Below, in pieces: positions 13,640 to 26,346 of a stretch of DNA of 64,000 nucleotides; position 1 is the stretch's first letter; every line of letters begins with the position of its first letter. This DNA is from Eledone cirrhosa (taxonomy: Eukaryota), in contig OZ024743.1 of the NCBI GenBank assembly GCA_964016885.1, positions 242,048,001 to 242,112,000 of the forward strand, in the 5' to 3' direction. A program made the translations under genes and the position numbers. The notes below the pieces were generated by a model. The model ran no database searches. It had not been told where the DNA came from and saw nothing but the letters and a program-made list of their open reading frames with translations.

Positions 13640-14470
13640 TTTATGCTCATACACGGAACAAAAGCGTTACCTAAGGACTTACCCTGTTCGAAACTGACAT
13701 GTTAAATTTAGTTGCTAGCATCAAGTTTCGTAAATACCATACTTCCTTCCAACATGGACGTGTAAATGACATTAAAACATTCAAATCAACTCGGAATGTT
13801 TTTGTATTTTCAGGCAAAACAAAATATTTATATGAACTAGATAAGGAAAATATAAAAACATTTTCCTTAATAGCGTAACAAATAAATACCAGAAGGCCCC
13901 AAACCTAATATCTATGACAAGATTAATGAGGTCAATGGTATTGTCACGAATTTTAAAATAGACAATAAAGCTTAGCTAAATGTGGTACCTTCATTACCCT
14001 GAAGAATCACAAACCTGATTTCACAAATAGGTCTAGTTGTAGACCAATAAATCGTGCTAGAACAGAGTTAGGACTAGCTAGCAAACAAATTTATAAAGAC
14101 ATCAACATTAAAAACACCAATCTCTCACTGAGGCATAATACAACCTCTGTCATATACTGGTTCACAGAAATCCCCTTTAAGAACAGGGCTAAATTCACAC
14201 AACCACGCTCTCCTAGATAGTGGTTTTAAGGACAGAATTAAGTGCACACCCAATCAATCCCAAACCAACCATACTAAAATACTAATAGTAAAAGAAAATT
14301 ATCTGGTTCGCATCCTCCTTTTCACCTAAAGTAAAGAATATGTAAGACATTTTTAGATTTAATAGATTGATATTTTCCATGTCAACATAGAGACAGTAAA
14401 ATATTCAATCGCATTTCCGTCAAGATATATTATTCATGTGGCCTATATATGAGATCAAAAATTACAGCAG
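13640..14470 (+). mobile_element. Highly degenerate PLE fragment
   Basis: TLKNHKPDFTNRSSCRPINRARTELGLASKQI and KIFNRISVKIYYSC are homologous to the PLE ORF. Confidence 0.7.
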
Positions 14471-14653
14471 AGTATATACCCGACGTAAATCCAAGCGTCT
14501 CGTGTAGGATTAAATAGAACCGCTGTCTCCAACAGAAATGTAATATGAATCCGTTGTGTATGACGCAGAGATTACGCACAACACCACATAAAATTGTCAA
14601 GCTAGCGAAAGATATGTTGATATGGTGTAAAATCGTTTCAAAGGACGTTTCTA

Positions 14654-15195
14654 CTCACATCGAAAGGTTTCTACTCACAGTCGCAAAGGTTGAGGAAAAC
14701 ATGTGTAAAGATCGACGGATCACTCTGGATGCTCTCTGCATTTTGCTTCCTGAGGTTTCCCGAAGCACCATTCGCAGGATTTTAACGGAAAAATTGCCAC
14801 TGTCTCGTCGGAAATTGACGGTCCCCCCGCTCCTTTGTTCGTCGTGAATTTCAGTACGACCAGCTGTAAACTCTCTACACCACTTGCGAACGTTTTTGAC
14901 ATCCATGCACGACTGTCCATACACTTCCGTCAATTGGCGATGAATTTCAATCGGTTCAACGCCTTTTGCGTTCAAAAACCGAATAACTGCGCGAACTTCG
15001 CACTTGGCGGTAGCGTTCAACGAAAGCTCCATATCTCAACGGCTGCCAAGCCAAGACTGAGCATCCCAGCAAAGCGCACATGCTTGTTTGTGAGTGAAGG
15101 AAGCACCAGTCACAACACTGTTGCCAACAGCCGTACAAACAGTTTATCTGCTTCCCCATCGCTTTGGAGACCTTACTTTTGGGATTGCCCTCGTA
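14654..15195 (-). mobile_element. Mariner transposon 5' fragment (TIR and N-terminal HTH of the transposase)
   Basis: VRAVIRFLNAKG..PIEIHRQLTEVYG...VRKWCREFTAGRTEIHDEQRSG. The terminus TA-CGAGGGCAATCCCAAAAGTAAG is typical of mariner. Confidence 0.9.
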
Positions 15196-15227
15196 TATAT
15201 ATATAGTGTGTGTGTATATGTGAGTGA

Positions 15228-15270
<43 letters not shown>

Positions 15271-15469
15271 TATAATTTTTGAGAACGCTTAATATCAGGA
15301 ATACAAATATATAAGATGAATAAATACTTCAATATAACGTTAAGTAAAGCTGTTATTCTCCGATAAAATCCACACACTTTCCTTGTTCACAAAATCATTA
15401 AAAAACATTGTGCTTTGAATGATGGACTCGTATAGGTTCTTTCTATTCTACTTGATATTTATAACCACT

Positions 15470-15522
15470 ATCATCATCATCATCTGCTGCTGCTGCTGCT
15501 GCTGCTGTTGTTGTTGTTGTTT

Positions 15523-15566
<44 letters not shown>

Positions 15567-15636
15567 TGGTGGTGGTGGTGGTGGTGTTAGTGGTTTTTGT
15601 GGTGTAGTGGTGGTGGTGGTAGTAGTAGTGGTGGTG

Positions 15637-15668
<32 letters not shown>

Positions 15669-15974
15669 GGTGTTGGTGGTGGTGGTGGTGCGGTGGTGGT
15701 GGTGGTGTGGTGGTAGTGGTGGTGTTAGTGGTGGTGGCGGTGTAGTGGTGGTGGTTGTGGTAGTAGTAGTGGTGGTGGTGGTTGTCGTCGTCGTCGCCGT
15801 CGTGCTTGTGCTGATGCTGGTAGTGGTGGTGGTTGTTGTAAATGTTGCTGCTGCTGTTGTTGTAATTGCGGTGGTGGTGGTAGTGGTGGTGCTGGAGCTC
15901 GTGGGAGGGAAGTGGTGGTGGTGGTTGTGTTGGTGGTGATGGTGGTGGTGCTGGTGGTGTTAATAGTGGAGGAG

Positions 15975-16025
<51 letters not shown>

Positions 16026-16060
16026 ACGGCGGCGGCGGCAGCAGCAGCAGCAGCAGTTGC

Positions 16061-16093
<33 letters not shown>
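15470..16093. repeat. Compound trinucleotide microsatellite (GGT/GTA/GCT)
   Basis: Direct inspection. Confidence 0.95.
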
Positions 16094-16853
16094 TAAAAGA
16101 ACGAAATGGTTTTCAGTGTGCTATATTTTCATTTTCTATTTATTACATTATCGAAAAAAGAAAAAAATATTCGAGGATATTTAATAGGTTTAGGTATGAA
16201 ATTACCTGGTTGTATAGGTTTGTAAAGTTGGATTTCAATGTGTGTGTTTATGTTTGTGCCTCTGTATGTGTTGTAGTGTTTCTGTGGCCGTGTGTGGTGG
16301 ATATCAATGTGTATGTGTGTGTATATGTTTATGTTTGTGCCTCTGCTATACTGTATGTGAGTGGTTGAGTGTAATAGATATCAACGGATGTGTGTATATG
16401 TATGCGTATGTTTGTGCTTCAGTGTATGCTCTTGTGTGAGTGTGTGTTTGTGCCTCAATGTATGCTCTTGCGGGTGTATGTGCGTGTGTGAGTGTGTGTG
16501 TATGTGTGTGTGTATGTGTTAAAGTGTAATGTGCATATATGTAGGTAATATACGATATTTATGTGTGCATAGGTGTGGTTAAGAACGTAGCATATCAGTG
16601 TGATATTTTTATAAGTTTTGATGTTTTGATTATTTAGCTTATACATACATACTAACGCACGCACACAAATATATACACACACACACACACACACATACAT
16701 ACATACATACATACATACATACATACATACATACATACATACATACATACATACATACATACACATTGATATATGCATGATATTGCTAGATACACAAAGA
16801 CATCCGAACTATTGTTTGAAAGGCGGATATGATGAATGCTCATATATATATAT

Positions 16854-16915
<62 letters not shown>

Positions 16916-19284
16916 GGGGGAGATCATTAATGATGGTTTTCCAAAGGAGATCAGAAAGAAACCAGTTATATAATGTACTCAATATATTACCAGAGAAGAA
17001 TTATATTTATTTTATATAGAAATTACTTCTACACCACTAGGAATGTTTCATTCGTATGAAATCTGTCTTGCTGTTTCAGCTAGTGTGTTGCCTGTTGTGA
17101 CTGGTGTTGTTAGTGGTTCAATCTTTATCGTTTATCGGAATAAACCTTAGAACATTCATAGGAATGAAACAATTGTAGTCTTGTTGAAGTCATTTCTATA
17201 AAATGTATATATATGTTTATGAATGAATGTATGTATGTATATACGTATGTACGTATGTATGAATGTATGTATGTATGTACGTACGTAAGTATGTATTATG
17301 TATGTATCTATGTATGCACATAAGTACTTTTGTATTATGTATGTACGTATATATATATCTATGTATGGCAAGTCGTTCTTCAGCGCTACTGCTAATATGT
17401 AACCCAGTACAACCCGTGCATGGTCGGGTCGTTGGTGACTAAACCAGCAACCCCTCCAAGCCTGCCTGGTGTGGAGGGTGATTTTGGACACCCGGTAGGA
17501 TGAAAAACACAACCGTCAAAGAGCAGAGGATCTCAGGAAAGTCAACGCACATCCAATAATTTTTTTTAATTTTTTTTGTGGAGCGAAAGACTCCTAGTCT
17601 TCATTAAGACATCTTTCTTGGCGAAGATCACTCTGATATAAAACCTCCGACTTCGTTTGCATCCAATGATGTAGACCAGTTCTTCTTTTTGGGTAAATGC
17701 ATTCGGTATTCAGGGAGTGGGATGGACCCCGTGCAAAGCCTTTCCTCACTTAAAAAGCTTCAAGCACAGCCATTGCTTGATATATATTTTCTGCGATGCA
17801 TCGCATTATTGGCCATAGCCAAGTCCCTATCAGGACTATGAAGCCACGTCCGTGAGGCTCATGCTTATGTATCAAGCGATGGCATTACACCTGATTACAA
17901 CTTTTGCTTCGTAAGCCCTTGATTCTGTAATCAATCTTACTGCGAGAACTATACAATAGACTTTAGTTGACTAATACTTTGTGAATGGAATTTTATCCAA
18001 ATTTCCACATCAATTTAAATGTTACTTAACACGCAAGAATTTGCATATCTGCATATACACTTGCGTAAGTATACGTCTACGTGTAGTATGTGTATATATA
18101 TATGAATTTCTATAACCCAGCAGCTTTAGCAGAACGTAAAATAAAAAGAGAATTCACCTGACTATTAAGCTACAGTGCTTTTTATTTGATGATATCTGAA
18201 TATCAACAAAATGTTTTGTTAACTCTTGGCAAGTTAACAGAATTGGACAACTTCCGATTATGAACAGATTTATCTTCTGCAGCAATAATGTCGTTTGACA
18301 GCTTCCGGTCGCTGTTTAGTGACATGGAAATACTGTGACTGGTTGCACAACTGAAAGCTATTCTCTTTCGATATTACCCTTTCCTTTTTACTAGTATTTT
18401 ATCAATATTCTTTTTTTTTTATGCACAAGTGTTAGAGATTTGTAGTAAGTTCTTGGGATATATGTTCTCAATGTAGTTTCAATAACTGTTCGAGTCCTTC
18501 CATTAAAGGAGCTCTCTTTTTCATACCTTTCTCTTTTGCACTTCTCGCACGCAACAATTACTTCTCTTTTACTGAAATGTAGCACGAATGATAATCCCGT
18601 TTTGACCTGCACAATCCTCCACCATTATTATTATGATTGTTATAATTATTTTTACTGCTAACCTGTTTAGACGAGTTTCTTTATATCGCTCTTCAAGCCT
18701 GAGTATAATAAGTTTGAGCTGCATCAAAGGATAATCTTTTAGATATATTTTCATACAGGGATTGTTTTAACATTTATATGTCTGTTTATACAGGGTTCAG
18801 ACAAAATAATATATTATTAGACACATTTTCCTTTTTCTATCTTATTCACATACAAGCTTAAAACAGTGACACCTAATTCCTACTGAACTAAACACCACAA
18901 AGAGAATGCAGCTCTAATTTACATTTCAAGGCAAAAAGAAATCTAGCTAGAACATTTTGCAACGAATATATATTGAAGGAGAAAAATATTGACATGTTTT
19001 GTGGAGGATAATATTATTGAGAGCCGTTCTAGGTTTAGGTTTAACAAACACAATACACACAATCAAACAAATACACGTACACACATGCGCATAGAAACAA
19101 AACACACAAAACCAACACACATAAATACATATATGAATACATACTCAGACACAAAGCACAACACATACAGTTGAAAAGTATATTTCAATTGTTGCAGTTT
19201 GAATGGAGAATAAATTTTTTTTTCAAACATATTTTGCCAGAGACAGATTTAGGGCATGGCACATGAAGACTAAAGAATGACCAG

Positions 19285-19866
19285 ATATTGGTGGCGGTGG
19301 TGTTGGTGACGTTGATGGTGTTGGTAGTGGTGGTGGTGGTGGCTGGTGATGTTGGTGGTGGTAGTGGTGGTATTGGTGGTGGTTGTGGTGGGGTGATGGT
19401 GGTTATGCAGGTGGTGGTGGCTGGTGATGTTGGTGGTGGAGTGGTTGTATTGGTGGTGGTAGTGGTGCATGTGTGTGTGTGTGGGGGGGGTTATGCTGGT
19501 TGTTGCCGTGGTGATGGTATCGGTGATGGTGGTGGTGTTGTTGTTCATGGTGGTGTTGGTGGTGGTCATGGTGGTAGTGATGGTGGTGGTGGTGATGATG
19601 GTAATAGTGGCGTTGGTCTTGGGGAAGTTGGTGGTGGTAGCGGTGGTATTGGTGTGGTTGTGGTGGTGGTGATGGTGGTTTGCTGGCGGTGGTGGTTTTT
19701 GCGGTGGTGATGGTAATATTGTTCTTCGTGGTGGTAGTGATGGTGATGGTAGTGGCAGTTGCATTGGTGGTGGTGGTTGTGGTGGTGGTTGCGGTGGTAT
19801 CGATGATGGTGGTAGTGATGGTGGTGATGACGGTGGTGATGGTATTGATGGTGGTAGTGGTAGTGA
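19285..19866. repeat. Degenerate (GGT)n tract
   Basis: Direct inspection. Confidence 0.95.
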
Positions 19867-19951
19867 ACAAAAAAATAGAGTAATGTAGAAAATGATGATA
19901 AAAATACATTAATGTAAAGATACAGGGGGAAAAACGATCAATGAATAGGAG

Positions 19952-19982
<31 letters not shown>

Positions 19983-20375
19983 AGAAAAAAAATGTAAACA
20001 TGAAATAATCAAAGAAATTTAAGAAAATAATATCATCATAGAGAGAGAAAGAGCTAGAGATAGATAGATAGATAGAGAGAGAGAGGGGGGAGATAGAAAA
20101 AGCCAAACAATGAGAAATTCTGAGTGTAAAAGCAAGTTGTAAAGACTGAGAGATTGAGAGAGTTGGGCAGGAATATTTCTTAAGGAATAAGAATAGAAAA
20201 AGAAAGGGAAAATGTTTTAAAGGAAATTCATTTTTCAGCAGACTGGAATGTTATCAATATTTATTGATATATAATACTGTCTCTGTTTTATAAAATTAAT
20301 TAGCGGAAACAAAACATATTGAAATATAGAAAGTACAGAAACTTATAAGCTATATAATGGCGTCTAAACAATAAC

Positions 20376-20442
<67 letters not shown>

Positions 20443-20479
20443 TAATTGTTTCATTTATTGGCCACAAGGGCCGACATAT

Positions 20480-23400
20480 AGGGGACAATATAATAGACGG
20501 GGGAAGTGATGGTTTACAAAGACATTGAGTAAATACAAATTAACAAAAGCAATTAACAATAAAAATTAAAACAATTTTTAAAAATTCACCAATAGGGGAG
20601 ATAACTACCCAGAGGCGACTCATGTACGCCACCGATCCTGAACCACACGACAATTAAAATAATTCACCAATATGGGGATAACCACCAAGAGGCGACTCAT
20701 GTACTCCACTGATCCTGAACCACACGACGCTTCGAGGGCACCCATGAAGGGTATCCCTCTTCCCCTCAAATCACCCAGGCTACAGACGCATGCTCTGAGT
20801 AGGTCCAGTCACACAGGCCAATATTCACCCACCTTTTAGCAAATGTACTGGGGGCAGCACTTCTCTCTCCACATTCGCCTTCCGTTCCAAATGAAACTTG
20901 AAAAGGTTGATGAGGGATTGGTCGAAGAGAAAAGTGTGTGTCTTCAGCGCATTCATCCTGGCCAACCACACAACCTCTTTCGGTACGGTCTCCGTACAGA
21001 GGAAAACTTCCTGCCCTTCCCGGCCAAAAGAAGGTGGCGTGGCGATCCTCAGTATGGACTCGGTCGATAGCCCGATCCGTCCTACGTGCGATAACAGCTG
21101 TTCAACATAGACCCACAAGTCAGTATACGGACGACATTAACGTGGTGGTGTCGAACACTTCGGAAATCGTGGTAGTTGGTTCCTTTTTATAAGAATATGA
21201 AAGGTTAACGGGAACAAAACTGAACCAAAAAGTTGGTGGGTTTGCTGGTCAGCATCTGAAGAGGCAAATCCATACCGGTCAACAATGTCGTCGGATGCTG
21301 ACCAGCCTGACCACTGAGTTGTCCCCATCCTGCCGCCAGTTACAGTACACCACTTCAAGGAGATCGGAGAAAAGGTCTGTCATATCTACGAAAAAGATCG
21401 TAGGGCAGAACATCAAAACCGGATGACTTGCGCCTCATGCAACCGACTATGGCATCCTGAATCTCGGCTGACGCTATCAGCCTTTCGCAACATTCAGCAT
21501 TGAAAATGGGAAAGTCGCGGTAGGAACGAAAACTCTCACCGTCTCCGACCCGCGCCCTCCATTAACCGCCGAGCAAGGTACTGGCAAAAGGTCGCACACA
21601 TCTACCTGGAATGGTTCGGAACGCTTTTGTTTCGGTCCGTCAAAGACCGAATCAGGATTTTGTTAATAGGCTACGCATCCACCACACCGGACAATCGAAC
21701 AGCTTTCGTTCGCTCGTTTATCAGAGCACTCCCCTTAGCTCTAACAATGCAACCTTCGCATTGAAAAAATGGCTTAATGCCATTATCACCGATAGCACGT
21801 CAGTTACAATGCCACTTCTAATCGCCTCGTTTAATTTAGCTATTAGCTCCCTCTCCTTTCTATTCTTTTCTAACGCTATCCTTTGAGATTCCCTAATCTC
21901 TCTCTAGAGAACACCCCGCCACCTGTTGCTGACGACCCCCACCCCACTGTTAACTTTCACTTAACTAAAGTGGTGACCCGGTCCCTGTAAGCTTTACGTA
22001 CCGGAAATGACATGTTCAGCTTCCAGTAACCAGGCCCTAGCCTGTGGGTTGTATCTAGTTCGACCATGCAGACCACAAATTTGTGATCTGAATGGACAAC
22101 CTACACTATTCTTATCTAGTCCTAATAGAAAAACCTATCAATATACGATCTAGATAACCCTATGTGGTTGGACCATGTCCACACTGGCGCATTAGGAAAA
22201 TTTACTCGGTACCTGTCAGGCAGTTGGAACTGGCTGATCAGGTACTTGAGGCTTTTGCACCACTACCTCCCTCCTGCTCCGATCAGTTACTTCCACAAAA
22301 TCGCAGCGTGCGTCTAAGAGACTGTTCCAGTCCCCCGCTAACAGTAAAGAGCGAGACGTTCCTAGAAACATATCCAAGTGCTTAAAGAAATCGGGGCGTA
22401 GAAAGGCATCACCTTTACTATTCCTCACGTCCAGGATCACCAACTTACCGTCTGGGTCCAGGAAGATCTACATTGCCTTGAGATCCAGGTATTTCCTAAA
22501 CAGCACTGCCACTCTACATCCCACTCCTGGCCGACTACGAGATCCGAAGATCTGATAGTCGTTGAAAATGGGGCTAGTGCTCGCGTGTTAGAAATCCTGG
22601 TGTTACTGACGGCAGTCACATCCATATCAAGTGACATGAGTTCGTTCAGCAAGCAACCCTACTTCCAGGATGACTCCAGACCACAAACCTCTTACTCTTA
22701 AGGTGGCTATGTTGGCTGGTTGATCGAGAGAGAAAAGGTTTACTTACATCCTGGAAGCTTGTGGAAGTCGAGTGATTTCTTTTTGGAACCCCTTTAGTAG
22801 TCTACTTTTGCCTAACAATAGGGATACCCGCATCACAAGGAAAACTACCCCTAATGTTCTTGTATGCACCAAATAACATACGTACCATCATGAGATCTTC
22901 CGGTACGCGGAATGTGCTTGCACCAAAAATGTTCATCTAGTTTTCGATATCTTGGATTCGTGCTATGAAGGTAACCAATTTCTTGTTGGCCCTTATTAGC
23001 ATGAAGTTTTGTGTGCTTTTTTGTTGTTGTGGTTGCGCTTATTTGCGTTCGGTTGATTGTGGTTGTGATGGTGTCGTTGGTGTTGTGGATATGTCTGTGT
23101 TTGTGGAGTGTGGTATATGTGATATCAGTTATTTGTGTGTGGGTGTGCTAGCAGTTTTCTTCTTGTGCCTCTTTTTTGTTTCTTGGGTCTTCTTGGAAGA
23201 TCCTCGTATTCGCTGTGAGAGTACGAAGTGTCTGCGTCTGTGTCAAAGCGCTCTGTGTTTGTGTTTGTGTGGGTGTTAGTGGGTGAATTTGAGTTTTGTT
23301 GATAGTGGTGGTTTAACTCATGTTGCTGCCGTTTCTTCCACAGTTGATGTGGCCGATGCTGGTATTGTTGGTTGTGAGGATGTTTGACTCCCATCCCGGC

Positions 23401-24330
23401 GTTTGCAGAAACGGAGGTTTGCGGTCCGCTGCATTTTTAAGCTGAAAGCAGAAGGCTCGCAGATGTGTTGTTTCGCCGCAAACCAAACAGTGCGGTTTTG
23501 GCTCCCAGTGACCACTTGTATAGCAGTCCTGTCCTGTAGGTGAACGTGATCCGGGATGTTTTTTTAACTGTTCCGGTTTGATTTGGCGAAGGATCTCCAA
23601 ATCCACCCCGAACCAGTTCTCTACCAGTTTTGGTTACATCTACGAGGATACCATATGTATCCTCCTCGATTTCGCAACCTAAGAGCCACAACATGTCCAG
23701 CCGTGGCGGGATCCTCGGTATGCGAACTCTCACTGTTCTTCTGTCCATGTGGGCCGTGTGTATTACACCGCGTTACTTCCTAAAGGGGGCCACTGAGTGC
23801 TGTATAGCAAGGGCTTCGGATTTAGACAGCACCGAGATGGTACCCAATTGTTTGCCCCCTTGTTATGTATTCGATGTTTTGTTGCATGCATTACAGTGCA
23901 GCCTCCACCTCAGTTTTGGGGGTTAATTTCGCTTTGCGAGTCTCCACTGAAATGCATTTATACATTACTTTCCTCCGCTGCACTGCCTTCATCGTTTCGG
24001 CCGGGGCGGTTGGGTTGGTTCAGGTTTTCTCACATTTGATAAGCTTCCATGTCTGGGCCAAACCTTGTTCTTTGTCTCTCAAGTCCATGCGAAAACATGG
24101 CCTTTTTTAGCTGCGAATGTGTTCTTGTTTTTGTTGTTCATTTTGTTGTTGTTCACGCTGTTGTTGTTGCTGCTGTTACTGGTGCTGGTGGTGTCATTGT
24201 TCACATTGTTGTTATTGTTGGTGGTGTTGCTGTTGTAGCTTTCACTTGAATCTTGTTTGCTGTTGTAGCTTTCACATGTTTCATTTTTACTGTTGCTTTT
24301 AGTGCTGTTCACGTTGTTGTTCGTGGTGTT
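20480..24330 (-). mobile_element. Degenerate L1/Tx1-like LINE (ORF1 zinc knuckle, APE endonuclease, C-terminus). Most of the RT is deleted
   Basis: CLVCGETTHLRAFC (CCHC), LLLAGDWN, SDH, GPGYWKLN and C-terminal KEVVWLARMN. An (AAT)n tract lies near the 3' end. Confidence 0.8.
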
Positions 24331-24510
24331 GTTATAAAGAATGTCATATGTTTCATTTATGTATGTACATACATACAGGTTTGCATCTATGCAGACAGCT
24401 CACTATAAATCCATCAGTCTACATACTTATTTTCCTACAAAACTTTTAGTTATCTACATCTACCTATACCTTTGCGAATCTCCCTTGTTCTCTCTTACTT
24501 TCTTTCACTG

Positions 24511-24600
<90 letters not shown>

Positions 24601-24611
24601 CCTCTTTGTAT

Positions 24612-24681
<70 letters not shown>

Positions 24682-24853
24682 GTATTAGTTATACTATTTA
24701 TGGTTATGTAAATACAAAACCTTATGCAGTTATAAGTATATTTTTTATATACACACCCTAAATAGTGGTAGGCAGTAATGTATTACTACCTTATTACCAG
24801 TAAGTTAAGTAGCTCAATGTAAAAACATCAGATGATTTACAGAGCAGTTATTG

Positions 24854-24900
24854 TGCTTACAGCTGTTTCCTCCAAATCGAGGTTTGGATTCTTCGGAGCA
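24854..24900 (-). ncRNA. Type I hammerhead ribozyme in the 3' pLTR (U4C variant)
   Basis: UGCU-CCGAAGA-AUCCAAA(CCUCGA)UUUGGAG-GAAACAGCUGUA-AGCA. Confidence 0.8.
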
Positions 24901-26346
24901 ATTTATGAATGCATGGACAGTTATATGACCTCATTTTCAGCCAAGAGACATACCGGTACATATGCAAATATTGTGGGTCAACATTCATTACAGAATTTAG
25001 AGTGGCAGTCCACACTTCGAGATTACATTTATATTAAGAGGTACAATCAAAAATCAAAAATACAGGTTAAAATACATGAAGATAAGCGGTTATATAGTGC
25101 AAATGTTATATGTGTGGCAAGCATGTGCGTCTTGTTTATATAGTGTGGCAGAGAGATGTGTGTGGTAGAGGCACTTAGGTAGGTAAACAAGTGTGTTAGG
25201 TTGGTAGATCTGGTGGCAAATTCTTTATATGATTGATATAGTCTGTGTGTGGAGAAATGTTATAAGCATTAAAAATAGTGCAAGCATTAAAAGTGTTAAA
25301 AGTATTGGAGATGCACAGCGAAGGGATGTCAAGTATTTCATGTACTTCGACATGTTCATGGTCAGGGGAGTGTATTTTTCGATTATATGCCCCTCACATA
25401 ATCCACGACAATTCGATATTGAGCGTTTGACAATCCAGTTAGAGAATCGTAGTCTGATGTTCTTTAGTTCAATACAGGAGGCTGTTACGTTTCGAGAAAC
25501 GACATTGAATACCACCCGGAAGTGTGTGTGTGGCTAAGGGGAGTTAATGCATGCGGGGAGGTAACTCCGGGGTTTCTATACCTAGCTATTAAAATGTGTC
25601 ACAATATAGACCCTAATTTCTATGGTGATGCGCATCCTCCAAAAAATTTTTAAAGCATAAAGTGTATTAACTATAGAGTAGTTTAATTAAGTTATGCTGA
25701 AGGTGTTCATATTATTATGGTGGATTAACCTCCATCGTAAGGTGCCACAAATGGATATTATAGATGATGAGCGAGGATTCTAAATTAATTATCTCTGTGG
25801 TTGTAGTCTACTCATAGGACCAGGCGCGGTGATTGCAGGATTGCTTCAGGACCCAATGATCTCTGGTAAGTTCTGGGTCATCGCTTGCTACATTGGATGT
25901 CGAAAGATAATCATCTCCAGGCCGGCCAGAGGTCAATCCGCAGTCCTCACGACCCCTCTCTGACCGCCAGATCATCCATATATGTACAACCCGCACGCCA
26001 GTTGCAATGCATTCATTCTCTGCGCTCAGCATCCTGGTCCTACTGCTCAACAGCGTTACTAGATTAAATCGTTTTTCATCTGTCTAAGGAAGGTGCTTCC
26101 TCCGCACAACATTATCAAACCGATCAATTCATGCTTAAATTACCTATAGAGCGGTGTAGTGCAGTTCAAGTGGGTGGATGTTGTCACACCTGCCGTAGAG
26201 GTATAAATGGGTATTCTCCCTGCGAAGGGTTCCAGAGGGATGTCGTTGTTTGTGTTATATTAGATCAGTTAGTGTTGGGTATGTAGTATAAGGTGTGCCT
26301 CTGGTGTTTGATGCTAGATGTGGTGTTTGGTTCCAGTCCGACATTG

